Positions 19,584-30,435 of a stretch of DNA of 64,000 nt are shown here, piece after piece. The DNA comes from Candidatus Poribacteria bacterium. GTDB taxonomy: Bacteria; Poribacteria; WGA-4E; WGA-3G. The notes beneath the pieces were generated by a model. The model was given only the letters and a program-made list of their open reading frames with translations. It made no database searches and was not told the DNA's origin. The stretch's first letter is position 1, and every line of letters begins with the position of its first letter. The stretch is from NCBI GenBank assembly GCA_965214095.1, contig OZ243938.1:1344001-1408000 (forward strand). The letters run 5' to 3'. The translations under genes and the position numbers were made by a program.

Positions 19584-20471
19584 CTAATCTACATTGCTAT
19601 CAGTTTCATTTTCTTGATACACTTGAGATTCACGCTGGATAAGTGGAATCTGGGGTGTGCCAGCTTTAATTGACTCAATTTCGCTAAGCATCCATTGATG
19701 ACTATAACGTCCATAAGCTTTTTCTAACATAGGTATTGCTTTATCGTACTCACCAATCCTCTGATACGCCCAACCTAATTCATAGAGTCCTTCAGATGGA
19801 TCAAGACGATTTGCCTTTTCTAAGAGTCCGATCGCCTCTTCTGGAGCGTCCTTCTTAATTATAGAGCCTAAACCAACCAATGCAGGAATAGAATTAGGAT
19901 CCATTTCTAAGAGACTACGGTATCCCAATTCTTTTTCAACAAGCTCGTTGGATGAACGAAGTTGTGTCCAAATAAAAAGTGATTCAAAATCGTTTGGATT
20001 ATCTGCAAGGGCTTTATCCGCATATTCACGGGCATAATCCGCATATCCTCCCAATGCTTTTAAATACTTCGCAGCACTTAAGTTATTCAATCCTTCAACA
20101 AGAATATCAACTTCTTCTCGAGGGGGTCCTTCCTTTGCCCAAGAAGGATCTATATCCCAACTATTCCCATCATAAAGGGCACTGATTCTTCTTCTTTTTT
20201 CTTCTGAAATTTCTGGTATAGGTATATCTTCAGTGAAATGTCCATGTTCCGATCTGATGTTACCCTTACCGCGTTGGGATATTTTTGGATTCAACCGAAT
20301 TCCATTGCCATTATTGATGTTATGTTGCTTAGTAGAAGCGTAGTCTGAAGACACAACCTCAGTGTTTTTTGAAAATCTGGTATTTGACAAAACTTTATAT
20401 CCTACTATAGAAAGCAGTCCACAACCAATAATGATAATAAACAGGTTTTTTCGAAGAAGTCGGTACAACAT
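19584..20471 (-). CDS. Membrane-anchored TPR protein
   Basis: TPR-like helices (ALVGLG..EEAIGLLEKANRLDP, LYELGWAYQRIGEYDKA); start MLYRLL with GGAGG upstream. Confidence 0.7.
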   Translation of the reverse strand: MLYRLLRKNLFIIIIGCGLLSIVGYKVLSNTRFSKNTEVVSSDYASTKQHNINNGNGIRLNPKISQRGKGNIRSEHGHFTEDIPIPEISEEKRRRISALYDGNSWDIDPSWAKEGPPREEVDILVEGLNNLSAAKYLKALGGYADYAREYADKALADNPNDFESLFIWTQLRSSNELVEKELGYRSLLEMDPNSIPALVGLGSIIKKDAPEEAIGLLEKANRLDPSEGLYELGWAYQRIGEYDKAIPMLEKAYGRYSHQWMLSEIESIKAGTPQIPLIQRESQVYQENETDSNVD

Positions 20472-20637
20472 ACTAACCTCCTTATTAGCTATGACAAGTG
20501 TAGACTTTTTAAGGCACAATAAAGAAAGAAAACTGATAATGCGATGATTGAAATTATACACACTTTTTTTATTTCAAACAATGTTTTAATCCATACAGGA
20601 ATAATATAGTAGAAACCGTAATTATTTACACACTACG

Positions 20638-20665
20638 GTAGGTTCGGTTTCCTAACCGAACCGGG
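20638..20665 (+). repeat. GTAG REP (GTAGGTTCGGTTTCCTAACCGAACCGG)
   Basis: Core identical to 8651-8677. Confidence 0.8.
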
Positions 20666-20710
20666 AATGTACGTTTAGATCCCTTCTACCTTTCTTCATA
20701 AATGTTAATG

Positions 20711-20781
20711 GTAGTAGGCACACTCCGTGTGCCGTCTGTCTTGTACGCTAAGGTATACGGCACACGGAGTGTGCCTACTAC
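20711..20781. repeat. Inverted REP doublet (REPIN-like), GTAGTAGGCACACTCCGTGTGCCGT
   Basis: Perfect 25-bp inverted pair at 20711-20735 and 20757-20781. Confidence 0.8.
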
Positions 20782-20784
20782 TAT

Positions 20785-20935
20785 GTATTGTGAAGTGCCA
20801 TCGATTTTTTAGACCATTTTTCGTAAAGTTAAGACAAGTGTTTTTCTCACATTCAATAGGTGTTATATAATCTAATGCCGAATGAGAACGTTTCTGGATA
20901 TACACTTCTTCAATAAAATGTCCAATGCGCGTATT
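20785..20935 (-). pseudogene. IS3-family transposase C-terminal remnant
   Basis: Minus strand RIGHFIEEVYIQKRSHSALDYITPIECEK resembles the IS3 YNxxRxHSxLxYxxP motif. Confidence 0.65.
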
Positions 20936-20988
20936 AGCATAGGTGTGTGAAAAGAAATTTTAACCTACTGTACATATCCATTTAATAT

Positions 20989-21017
20989 TTGACAGTGGAG
21001 GTATATTATGGTATCAT
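20989..21017 (+). promoter_or_regulatory. sigma70 promoter
   Basis: TTGACA-N17-TATCAT with TGn extension. Confidence 0.6.
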
Positions 21018-21113
21018 AATATAGTAATATAAAGCATAACCACATACCGATTCTCACACATACAGACTAACTTTAACTGCCTTCGCATACGGGTATATAA
21101 GTCTGACAAGAAA

Positions 21114-22247
21114 ATGGAACAGTTCCAATTCAAGTTCACAGATATCTATCAAGTTAGAAACTACGGTTTCAGTCTTAGAAGGATAGGAATTCATCTTATA
21201 GGCATACTTCTTGCTTACCTAATATATGAAATTTTGATCTATCTGAGTTTGGTGATTGAAGGTAGTACAGAAGTAGCAAAGTTTTGGAATGCCTACGGAA
21301 TTTTGCCGATTCCTCCATTTATACCTACAGAGTTAACACCACTAACGATAAATGCAATGTGGTTAGGACTAATAATCTCTGCATCTATCTTTTTTCTTGT
21401 CAGTACAATAGCATCTAAAATTACAATTGAACAGTTGCGTGGAGATATATTTTTTTCAATTCGTAACTCAATAAAATACATAAAACAGAAGTGGTTAACT
21501 GTATTCGGTACTTTTTTGGGATTACTGTCATTCACACTACTACTCCTATTGATACCTGTCAGTATTGGACTTCTTGGTAAAATCCCTTTTGTTGGAAAAC
21601 CAATTCTCACCATTTCGTCACTTTTCATACCCATTGCATTCTTTCTCGGACTTCTTACCGTATTCGTTATCGCTGTTTTCATATCAAGTCTGTTTTTTGT
21701 TCCAGCAGTAGTTGCAACCACAGGGGTAGATGCATTTGAAACGATCTATCAACTTTTTGCTATGTTATGGAATCAACCGTGGCAACTTATTGGGTACGGC
21801 TTGTTATTGTTGCTACTGAAATTGATCTATGTTCCGATTTTGGCAGTTTTCTGTATTGCTGGATTTTTTATTGTCTTACTGCTAACGCACTCCTTACATC
21901 CAACTTATATCCAAGAATCTCTCGGAATTGCGAATACATGGTTGGGAGGAATATTGCAGAAATTGGCAAGTTATTTTTCTACGGAAAATACAACAATATT
22001 TGGTATTAATACTACATTTTCATTGCCTGCAGCGACTTTTTCAACCACAATCTGTGCCATATTTATAACATTTACGTTAATATGTATAGTCGGTGGGATA
22101 GTAGCATATCTCTTTTCAATAGCATCTGTTGGAACAACAGTAATTTATACTATTCTTAGGCATCGGATTGATGGACAAGACCTTCTGCAGTTAGTCGGAT
22201 CAGATGAACAGGTGTCTACTTTACCACTAAATATAGGAGATGAGTGA
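21114..22247 (+). CDS. Hypothetical multi-pass membrane protein
   Basis: 377 aa, 6-8 hydrophobic segments. Confidence 0.7.
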   Translation: MEQFQFKFTDIYQVRNYGFSLRRIGIHLIGILLAYLIYEILIYLSLVIEGSTEVAKFWNAYGILPIPPFIPTELTPLTINAMWLGLIISASIFFLVSTIASKITIEQLRGDIFFSIRNSIKYIKQKWLTVFGTFLGLLSFTLLLLLIPVSIGLLGKIPFVGKPILTISSLFIPIAFFLGLLTVFVIAVFISSLFFVPAVVATTGVDAFETIYQLFAMLWNQPWQLIGYGLLLLLLKLIYVPILAVFCIAGFFIVLLLTHSLHPTYIQESLGIANTWLGGILQKLASYFSTENTTIFGINTTFSLPAATFSTTICAIFITFTLICIVGGIVAYLFSIASVGTTVIYTILRHRIDGQDLLQLVGSDEQVSTLPLNIGDE

Positions 22248-22339
22248 TATTGAACAACACCGTGTAGTGTAGCAATATGATTTGTAATCTATACTATTCA
22301 GTGTCTAATATTTAAGTTCTATATAATTCATAGTGAAAA

Positions 22340-25036
22340 ATGTTACAAAAAGCAATAACTAAAGTTTTTGGAAGTAAGGAAGAACGCGATGTCAAGCGGT
22401 ATCGTAGTATAGTTGAAGCTGTCAATAACCGTGAATATGAAATCAAGAAATTAAATGATGCAAAACTTCAAGCAAAAACCCCTGACCTTCGTCGCCAATT
22501 AGAAGCAGGTGCATCGCTTGATGACATTATGATTGAGGCGTTTGCCGTAGTCCGAGAAGCAGCCGTTCGCACACTAAAACAACGGCATTATGATGTGCAG
22601 ATTATAGGTGGTGCTGCACTTCATCAGGGTGCTATTGCTGAAATGAGAACAGGTGAAGGGAAAACATTGACATCTACGCTTGCTGTTTATCTGAACGCGC
22701 TTACAGGAAATGGTGTTCACCTTGCCACAGTGAATGATTATTTAGCGCGTCGTGATGCTGAATGGATGGGTAAGATATATAACTTTCTCGGTCTATCTGT
22801 TGGCCTCACACTCAGTTTGATGCCTCATGAACAAAAGAAACTTGCCTATAAAGCAGACATTACCTATGGTGTGCATAGTGAGTTCGGATTTGACTATCTA
22901 AACGATAACCGCGCTCATTCCTTAGATACGAAAGCACAACGCGGTCATGTCTATGCAATTCTTGATGAAGTTGATAGTATCCTAATTGACGAAGCACGAA
23001 CACCTCTAATCATTTCTGATCCATCGAATAAACCTGCCGAACTCTATCGCAGAATAAATCATGTTGTGACGCAACTACGTAAAGAAACACACTTTGATAT
23101 AGATGAGAAAGGGAAATCACGTGGAAGTGTGATGCTAACCGACGAAGGGATAGAAGAAGTTCAACGTCTTCTTGGCGTGGAGAACTTATATGACCATGAC
23201 AATATCATGCTTGTACACCATTTACAGCAATCCCTAACTGCACATCATCTATACACAAACGATATTGACTATCTCGTAGAAAACGGTCAAGTGTTACTTA
23301 TTGACGAATTCACTGGACGGAAACAGATAGGTCGTAGGTTGAGTGAAGGACTTCATCAGGCAATTGAAGCAAAAGAACGCGTGAAAATCGCTCAAGAAAA
23401 TGAGACATTTGCGAAAATAACATACCAAAACTATTTTAGGATGTATGAAAAACTTGCAGGTATGACAGGAACTGCAGCAACAGAAGCAAATGAATTTGGA
23501 CATATTTACGGTTTAGATGTTGTCGTTGTTCCAACCAACGAACCGATGATTCGTATTGACAATGCTGATCAGATTTTCAGATCGGAAGAGGCAAAATATA
23601 ATGCAGTCTTGGTGGATATTGCTGAGCAGCACGAGAAAGGGCGTCCTATACTTGTTGGGACAATTTCAATAGAAAATTCTGAAAAACTGAGTAAGTTACT
23701 AAGAGCCAGACATCGGGATATAAAACATCAAGTCTTGAATGCAAAAGAACACGCACGTGAAGCAGACATCGTAGCACAAGCTGGTTTACCAGGGACAGTA
23801 ACAATCGCTACCAATATGGCAGGTAGAGGGGTAGATATCTTATTGGGTGGTAATCCTGAAGGTATGGCAAGAGATATGCTTCGTAAGAAAAAAGTAGACA
23901 TGAGTATACCCTATCAAGAAACTGAGGAGTGGGATGAAGCACTTGCAGAAGCAGAAGCGATATGTAAAGAGAATCAGGAACAAGTCCTAAAGGCAGGTGG
24001 ACTCCATATCATTGGGACTGAACGACATGATTCCCGAAGAATTGATAACCAATTGCGTGGTCGTGCTGGACGGCAAGGGGATCCAGGTTCATCACGTTTC
24101 TATCTATCCTTGGAAGATGATCTTATGAAAAAGTTCGGTTCAGAACGTCTACAAGGGTTGATGGGTAGAGCAGGAATGGATGATAATATTCCATTGGAAC
24201 ACCCATGGATGTCAAAATCGATCGAAAAAGCACAGACCCGTGTGGAACAGATGAACTTTGATATTCGGAAGAATATCCTAAAATTTGATGACGTGATGGA
24301 AGCACAACGTGATACCATATATTCTCTAAGAGACTCTATCCTTTCGGAAGAGGATCCGAAAGAGATTGTTTGGGAGATGATTGAGAATGTAATTGCTGAT
24401 CGGGTTGAAGAAGTTATTCCAGAACGTGGACCGCGTGACGAAGAGGAATTAGATAAATTTGAGAAATGGCTCAGTGCAACATTTCCTGTGGAAGTTGTCA
24501 TCAAAACACCTTTAACAGAGATTGCTGCAGAAGAACTGTACGACCAGATCATTGATGCCCTCAAGGTCGCATATCAGATACGCGAAGATGAAATGGGTTC
24601 CGAGATGATGCGTACGCTGGAAAGATTGCTTGTTTTAGATAGAATAGATAGCCATTGGAAAGACCATCTTTATAATATTGACTTTATAGAACAGGAAATG
24701 CGGTTAGCAGGTTATGGTGGTAAAGACCCAATTGTTGTATTTAAGGGTGAAGCACTTGGTATCTTTGAATCTATGTATCAGAACATAGAGAAAGAAGTGA
24801 GTGAGTTCATATTTAAATCAAGTGTCAATACGGAAGCACCGCGACGTGTTCCAAGCAGAGGAACGAGTCGTTCACGTAGAACTCCACCACGTCGTGCCGC
24901 ACGAGCCAATGATGGATCCCAAACTTCAGCAGAATTTGCTTCACAAGAAGCAATGGGTAATATACCAAAAGTTGGTCGTAACGCACCATGTCCTTGTGGG
25001 AGTGGCAAAAAATATAAGAAATGTCATGGAAGATAG
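22340..25036 (+). CDS. secA: Preprotein translocase ATPase SecA
   Basis: [49 protein letters not shown]; SEC-C motif [14 protein letters not shown]. Confidence 0.98.
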   Translation: MLQKAITKVFGSKEERDVKRYRSIVEAVNNREYEIKKLNDAKLQAKTPDLRRQLEAGASLDDIMIEAFAVVREAAVRTLKQRHYDVQIIGGAALHQGAIAEMRTGEGKTLTSTLAVYLNALTGNGVHLATVNDYLARRDAEWMGKIYNFLGLSVGLTLSLMPHEQKKLAYKADITYGVHSEFGFDYLNDNRAHSLDTKAQRGHVYAILDEVDSILIDEARTPLIISDPSNKPAELYRRINHVVTQLRKETHFDIDEKGKSRGSVMLTDEGIEEVQRLLGVENLYDHDNIMLVHHLQQSLTAHHLYTNDIDYLVENGQVLLIDEFTGRKQIGRRLSEGLHQAIEAKERVKIAQENETFAKITYQNYFRMYEKLAGMTGTAATEANEFGHIYGLDVVVVPTNEPMIRIDNADQIFRSEEAKYNAVLVDIAEQHEKGRPILVGTISIENSEKLSKLLRARHRDIKHQVLNAKEHAREADIVAQAGLPGTVTIATNMAGRGVDILLGGNPEGMARDMLRKKKVDMSIPYQETEEWDEALAEAEAICKENQEQVLKAGGLHIIGTERHDSRRIDNQLRGRAGRQGDPGSSRFYLSLEDDLMKKFGSERLQGLMGRAGMDDNIPLEHPWMSKSIEKAQTRVEQMNFDIRKNILKFDDVMEAQRDTIYSLRDSILSEEDPKEIVWEMIENVIADRVEEVIPERGPRDEEELDKFEKWLSATFPVEVVIKTPLTEIAAEELYDQIIDALKVAYQIREDEMGSEMMRTLERLLVLDRIDSHWKDHLYNIDFIEQEMRLAGYGGKDPIVVFKGEALGIFESMYQNIEKEVSEFIFKSSVNTEAPRRVPSRGTSRSRRTPPRRAARANDGSQTSAEFASQEAMGNIPKVGRNAPCPCGSGKKYKKCHGR

Positions 25037-25061
25037 AGAATTATGAACATGGAGGAAAGTC

Positions 25062-25259
25062 GTGAAATCAGAAGAATCCTATACGCTTTCACAAACCTTG
25101 CTTGAGATTCTGGCGTGTCCTGCTTGCAAGGGAAAAATTGAGCATGTAGAAGCGGACGAGAAACTTGTTTGTCTTGGTGAATGTCAACGTCGCTATCCTA
25201 TACGTGAAGGGATACCAGTGATGTTAATTGATGAAGCGGAATTACCTACGAAAGAATAA
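25062..25259 (+). CDS. Trm112/YcaR family protein
   Basis: LLEILACPACKG...C..C.RRYPIREGIPVMLIDEA. Confidence 0.9.
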   Translation: MKSEESYTLSQTLLEILACPACKGKIEHVEADEKLVCLGECQRRYPIREGIPVMLIDEAELPTKE

Positions 25260-25285
25260 GTGCTTGAAATTGGTAAAACAGTATA

Positions 25286-26509
25286 ATGCGAATCTTATTT
25301 TTGTGCTTGCGATGTCCATATCCACCACAACGAGGAGACAGGATTCGTTCATACCATTTTATCAAGCAACTATCAAAACGCCATAAAATCACGTTAGTCT
25401 TTTTTGCAGAATCAGATGCTGATATTGAATCTGTTCAACATTTGCAGCCATTCTGTGAACGTGTAGAATGGGTTCGTTTTCGTCCAAATGTTGCAAGAAT
25501 AAACACAGCAATCCATTGCTTATCTCGTACTCCATTGCAGGTACATTATTGGTATTCACCACAAATGCAACGGAAAATCAATGAGCTGCTTGCTGAGGAG
25601 ACGTTTGAACTTGTCCACGCGCAACTTTTTCGCATGGGACAATATGTTTCAAAGGCAAAGGGAGTTGTAAAGGTTCTGGATTTATGTGATTCGTTAGCAT
25701 TGAACTTAAGTCGACGTGCAGAATTAGATTGCACGCCAAAACGATTTTTGGTAAAATTGGAGGAAAAACGAGTTCGGCAATATGAAATAGAGATTATGAA
25801 ATCTTTTGATCGGGGTACTGTCGTCGCTAACTTTGATAGAGATTATTTACTTAAGCAGGACAACAGTCTCAAATTATCAGTAGTTCCAATGGGGGTTGAC
25901 CTCAAATATTTTCATCCTCTTCCAGACAAAACAGATGAACCTACAGATTCCAATGGATTCCATTCATCAGTTTCATCTAATTCAACAAAGAATTTGCTGT
26001 TTACTGGAACGATGAACTATTTTCCGAACTCTGATGCAGTCATATACTTTTGTGAAGAGATATATCCGTTGATACAAAAACAGCATCCGGATGTTAACTT
26101 TTTTATTGTTGGCAACCATCCGACAGAACAGGTACAACGTCTTGCTGAAAATAGAGGAGTGACCGTTACAGGATATGTACCAGACATACGTCCTTATTTT
26201 CATGAGGCATCTGTCTTTGTAGCACCTTTGCGTGCGGGTTCAGGTATTCAGACAAAAAACTTAGAAGCGATGGCGACGGGAACTCCTGTCGTAACCACTT
26301 CAATTGGTGCAATGGGATTAGAAGCTGAGATCGGAGAAGAACTTCTAACTGCTGACAATCCGCAAGATTTTGCTGACTGTGTCATTCATCTGATGGAAAA
26401 CCCTGAAGACCAGCAGAATCTTGGCAATGCTGGAAGAAAACGGGTAGAAGCAAGTTATGATTGGGATGTACTCGTTGAAAAACTTGAACAAGTTTATGCC
26501 GAAATCTAA
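25286..26509 (+). CDS. Glycosyltransferase family 4 (resembles the PEP-CTERM-associated sugar transferase type)
   Basis: PYPPQRGDRIRSYH, FTGTMNYFPN, GIQTKNLEAMA. Confidence 0.85.
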   Translation: MRILFLCLRCPYPPQRGDRIRSYHFIKQLSKRHKITLVFFAESDADIESVQHLQPFCERVEWVRFRPNVARINTAIHCLSRTPLQVHYWYSPQMQRKINELLAEETFELVHAQLFRMGQYVSKAKGVVKVLDLCDSLALNLSRRAELDCTPKRFLVKLEEKRVRQYEIEIMKSFDRGTVVANFDRDYLLKQDNSLKLSVVPMGVDLKYFHPLPDKTDEPTDSNGFHSSVSSNSTKNLLFTGTMNYFPNSDAVIYFCEEIYPLIQKQHPDVNFFIVGNHPTEQVQRLAENRGVTVTGYVPDIRPYFHEASVFVAPLRAGSGIQTKNLEAMATGTPVVTTSIGAMGLEAEIGEELLTADNPQDFADCVIHLMENPEDQQNLGNAGRKRVEASYDWDVLVEKLEQVYAEI

Positions 26510-26595
26510 TAATGGCGAAACAGATTAAAAGGCATTATAGTTATCTATATCTATAATATTGGTGTATTGTAGATTTTACTAACCAAGGAGGTAGT

Positions 26596-28578
26596 ATGGA
26601 AAAATACAAAATTAAATGGAGTTCATCGGTTGTTGTTGATATCTTACTTGTTTATTTTGCATTCTTATTAACCTATTTTACCTGCAAACAACTCAATCCA
26701 GATATATTTGCAAGTTTTGGACAGATATCATTTCTTTCAGGTATCACAAATAACGCAATATTATTATTCTCTATTGCTACCTTAGTCGCATTCGTCCGTA
26801 TCACAACATTTTTGTGCTTTCGCATTTATAAACCTATATGGAGATATGCTGGTGTAAAAGAATTTCGCACCTTTGTAGCTGCAATTGGTATTTCCGGTCT
26901 TATCCTCGTGGGTTTATCGCTCATTCTCACACGGTTTGATACCTGGACTTTCTTTCTGATTGATGGTATCTATAGTGCAATTATAATCGGTTTTATCAAA
27001 TTTTCACATAGCATCTTACGAGAAGGAAGACTCAAAGAAGTAGCACCACCACGAAGAAAGGTTTTGATCGTTGGTGCTGGAATGGCTGGAATAGGGGTTT
27101 TAAAAGAATTACGGGGAAATCCAGAAAAAGGGTATCTTCCCATTGGGTTTATTGACGATAATACACAGAAAGTCGGTAAATCCATAGCTGGACTTGAAGT
27201 TCTCGGCACGACACGTGATCTTACCTACATTGCACGGAAACGTGAAATTGAAGAAGTTATCATAGCAATACCGTCAGCCCCAGGCGGCAAAATTCGGGAT
27301 ATTATCCGACAATGTAAATATCGCAGATGCCAATTCAAGATCGTGCCAAATATACACGCAATTCTTGAGGGTAAGGTTAGCATCAGTCATATCCGAGAAG
27401 TGAAGTTGGAGGACCTACTTAATCGGTCAACCGATCCAGTAGACTTAGCAGAAATTTCAAAGTATCTATCCGGTAAACGTGTCATGGTAACAGGTGCTGG
27501 AGGGTCTATTGGTTCTGAACTTTGCAGACAAGTCGCAAAACTTGATCCTGAATTACTTATCCTTTTCGGACGTGGAGAGAATAGTATCTATCATATTGAT
27601 CTGGAGCTGCGTGAATCTGATCCGCAACTTAACCGTGAATTAATTATCGGCGATATCCGTGATAATTCTAAAGTCTTTCAGATTACAAAACGTTACCGAC
27701 CCCATATTATTTTCCATGCTGCAGCACACAAACACGTCAAATTTATGGAGAAACATCCTGATGAAGCGGTAAAGAACAATATCCTTGGCACAAAAAACTT
27801 GATTGATGCGGCGATAAAAAATCATGTTGAGGCGTTCATTCTTGTTTCGTCTGATAAGTCAGTAAATCCTACGAGTGTTTACGGTGCATCAAAACGGGTC
27901 ACAGAGAAACTAATCCAATGTAAAGCAAATCGGAATGGCACTAAATTCATTGCTGTCAGATTTGGTAATGTCATCGGTAGTCGTGCAAGTGTGTTGCCAA
28001 ATTTCAAAAGACAAATTGCTAAAGGTGGCCCCGTCACAGTTACACATCGCGAAGCGACACGCTACTTTATGACTATCCCCGAAGCAGTTCAACTCCTGAT
28101 TCAAGCAGGGGCGATGGGAAATGGTGGCGAAATCCTTATGCTTGACATGGGTGAACCTATAAAGATACTTGACCTCGCACGAGACCTGATACGATTGTCA
28201 GGTTTGGAAGTTGATAAGGACATTAAGATTGATTTTACTGGGTTGGAAGCTGGAGAAAAACTCTATGAAGAACTACTTACACCGCAAGAGGGTGTGACAG
28301 CAACAAAACACCAACGTATCTTTGTAGCACAGATGGAACATATTGAGGAGGAGCAGCTCATATCTCATTTAAGTGAACTTTCTGAATATGCAGATGCCCT
28401 TGATACTGATGGGATTATTGCGAAATTCCAAGAGTTAGTGCCGACTTATAAACCGAATCGTGAATTTATCAAGGATACGGTGAGTGCTGACAGTTCTGAA
28501 ACAGAAATTAGAAGACACCTTCTAAATACCGATCAAGATTCAGAGACGGAGGAATCTGGTATAACGGACACTGTATAA
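26596..28578 (+). CDS. Nucleoside-diphosphate sugar 4,6-dehydratase, CapD/PglF/WbpM family
   Basis: N-terminal TMs; VTGAGGSIGSELCRQ, FHAAAHKHV, SSDKSVNP..YGASK, RFGNV. Confidence 0.9.
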   Translation: MEKYKIKWSSSVVVDILLVYFAFLLTYFTCKQLNPDIFASFGQISFLSGITNNAILLFSIATLVAFVRITTFLCFRIYKPIWRYAGVKEFRTFVAAIGISGLILVGLSLILTRFDTWTFFLIDGIYSAIIIGFIKFSHSILREGRLKEVAPPRRKVLIVGAGMAGIGVLKELRGNPEKGYLPIGFIDDNTQKVGKSIAGLEVLGTTRDLTYIARKREIEEVIIAIPSAPGGKIRDIIRQCKYRRCQFKIVPNIHAILEGKVSISHIREVKLEDLLNRSTDPVDLAEISKYLSGKRVMVTGAGGSIGSELCRQVAKLDPELLILFGRGENSIYHIDLELRESDPQLNRELIIGDIRDNSKVFQITKRYRPHIIFHAAAHKHVKFMEKHPDEAVKNNILGTKNLIDAAIKNHVEAFILVSSDKSVNPTSVYGASKRVTEKLIQCKANRNGTKFIAVRFGNVIGSRASVLPNFKRQIAKGGPVTVTHREATRYFMTIPEAVQLLIQAGAMGNGGEILMLDMGEPIKILDLARDLIRLSGLEVDKDIKIDFTGLEAGEKLYEELLTPQEGVTATKHQRIFVAQMEHIEEEQLISHLSELSEYADALDTDGIIAKFQELVPTYKPNREFIKDTVSADSSETEIRRHLLNTDQDSETEESGITDTV

Positions 28579-28686
28579 ATTAAACGAATGTATGCGTATT
28601 AGATGCTGTCCAAAATATAGAAAAAAGTAAAATGTACAACATTAATGCGTGATAATAATAGTAAAATAGTCTTGTTGAGGTGAGGT

Positions 28687-29367
28687 ATGTCGTCCGTTGA
28701 AGAAGGTTTGCTGATCCATTCAAGTTGGTTAAAAAGACTTTTTGACATCATCCTATCCACGATTATCCTTATATTATCTTTCCCACTCTTTTTACTCGGT
28801 AGTTTCCTCGCGAAAATCCAATCCATCGGACCAGTTTTTTACAAAGCAAATCGCGTGGGTCGAAATGGACAAGTTTTTGAGATGTACAAGTTCAGGACAA
28901 TGGTACAGAATGCAGATAAAATTGGTATTGGGTTGACAACACATAAGGATCCACGTGTAACGCAAATTGGACGTTTGTTGCGTTTTACAAAATTAGATGA
29001 ACTTCCAAACTTCATAAATGTGATTACAGGTGATATGAGTTTAACGGGTCCACGTCCTGAGTCTCCTACCTACGTTAAATTCTATACGGATGAGCAAAAA
29101 CAAGTTTTACTTGTCCGACCAGGGATTACGGGTCCATCACAGATTGTGAACCGAAACGAAGAAGAAAAATTAGCCGAACAGACGGATCCGGAGCAGTATT
29201 ATATCACTGAGTTACTGCCGAAGAAGTTAGCACTTGACCTTCACTATGTTGCGACACAGAGTTTCATATCTGATATTGGGTGGATTTTGAAGACATTATG
29301 GGTGCTTGTGTTTCCACTTAAGGTTGAGAATCAAACTATCGTACAAAATAAACCTACCCACAATTAG
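28687..29367 (+). CDS. Bacterial sugar transferase (PglC/WbaP-type phosphoglycosyl transferase)
   Basis: KRLFDI, YKFRTM, KLDELP, GPRPE, RPGITG. Confidence 0.9.
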   Translation: MSSVEEGLLIHSSWLKRLFDIILSTIILILSFPLFLLGSFLAKIQSIGPVFYKANRVGRNGQVFEMYKFRTMVQNADKIGIGLTTHKDPRVTQIGRLLRFTKLDELPNFINVITGDMSLTGPRPESPTYVKFYTDEQKQVLLVRPGITGPSQIVNRNEEEKLAEQTDPEQYYITELLPKKLALDLHYVATQSFISDIGWILKTLWVLVFPLKVENQTIVQNKPTHN

Positions 29368-29405
29368 GAATTTCATGACAGTTTAGTGTTCTGTCTACAC
29401 TAATC

Positions 29406-29491
29406 TTGTAGGTCGGGTAGAGGCACGAAACCCGACATGCAGCCATTTATCATCAATAAAGTTGGGTTTTGTGCCTCTACCCGACCTACAA
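29406..29491. repeat. Inverted REP doublet (REPIN-like), GTAGGTCGGGTAGAGGCACGAAACCCGAC
   Basis: Near-perfect 30-bp inverted pair at 29407-29436 and 29461-29490. Confidence 0.8.
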
Positions 29492-29550
29492 TGTCCGAAT
29501 GGACACTTCATTAGTTTAGCGAATAGATTCCTTAAATTGCTATATACATT

Positions 29551-30423
29551 ATGAAACGAAAACGTGTATTGATTATTATTTCAGTAATAGTTGTTCTATT
29601 CCTCATTATTGTGTTTCAAACTATCCGATTCTTGAGCGGCTCATCCTCTATTGGTGAGAAAGTCGCTGTGCTTGACATTACAGGTATCATAACAAAATCC
29701 GACTCCACAATAAAACTCATCCACGCATATCGTGATGACCCGAATGTAAAGGCGATTATACTACGCATAAATACCCCGGGTGGAAGCGTCGCACCTGTCC
29801 AAGAAATCTTTAGTGAATTGAGGAAGTTGGACAAACCTTTAGTAGCATCAATGGGAAGCACAGCAGCATCGGGTGGTTATTATCTCGCATGTGCTGCAGA
29901 TACAATTGTAGCAAACCCGGGAACTCTAACCGGAAGTATCGGTGTTATTATGCAGTTTACTAAAATAAAAGGGTTGTATGACAAAGTTGGTATAGAACAC
30001 CAGGTCATAAAGAGCGGTAAGTTCAAAGATTCTGGTTCTATGTTTCGTGATCTATCTGAAGACGATATCGCTATTTTACAAGAAACCGTGAATGATGTAT
30101 ATAATCAATTTGTTGATGCAATCTCTGAATCGCGTAATGACACATTGACACGCGACGAGATCGTCAAATTGGCTGATGGACGCATCTTCTCTGGAAGACA
30201 AGCACTTGAACATAAGTTGATTGACAAATTAGGTAACTTACAAGATGCGATTATTGTTGCTGGAGAACTTGGCAACATTGAAGGAAAACCCAAAGTATTG
30301 CGAAGGGAAAGAAGAACTTCTTTACTTGAACAACTGATCGGTATAAAACACAATCCTCACTTTGATGAAATCCTCAACTTTTCCGGTGTGACTTTCCGAT
30401 ATCAACTTAGTCTTGGCAACTAA
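29551..30423 (+). CDS. sppA: Signal peptide peptidase SppA (36K type)
   Basis: RINTPGGS, AASGGYY, TGSIGV, KSGKFKD. Confidence 0.92.
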   Translation: MKRKRVLIIISVIVVLFLIIVFQTIRFLSGSSSIGEKVAVLDITGIITKSDSTIKLIHAYRDDPNVKAIILRINTPGGSVAPVQEIFSELRKLDKPLVASMGSTAASGGYYLACAADTIVANPGTLTGSIGVIMQFTKIKGLYDKVGIEHQVIKSGKFKDSGSMFRDLSEDDIAILQETVNDVYNQFVDAISESRNDTLTRDEIVKLADGRIFSGRQALEHKLIDKLGNLQDAIIVAGELGNIEGKPKVLRRERRTSLLEQLIGIKHNPHFDEILNFSGVTFRYQLSLGN

Positions 30424-30435
30424 GGACTATCTGCC

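Noticed and set aside
20705-20905. 66-aa ORF as a functional gene
   Set aside because: It is an IS3 tail fragment fused to a translated REP doublet.
24100-24564. Long antisense ORFs (also 21293-21721, 32840-33304, 45278-45769, 50776-51225)
   Set aside because: Shadow frames opposite well-supported genes, with Ser-rich antisense composition.
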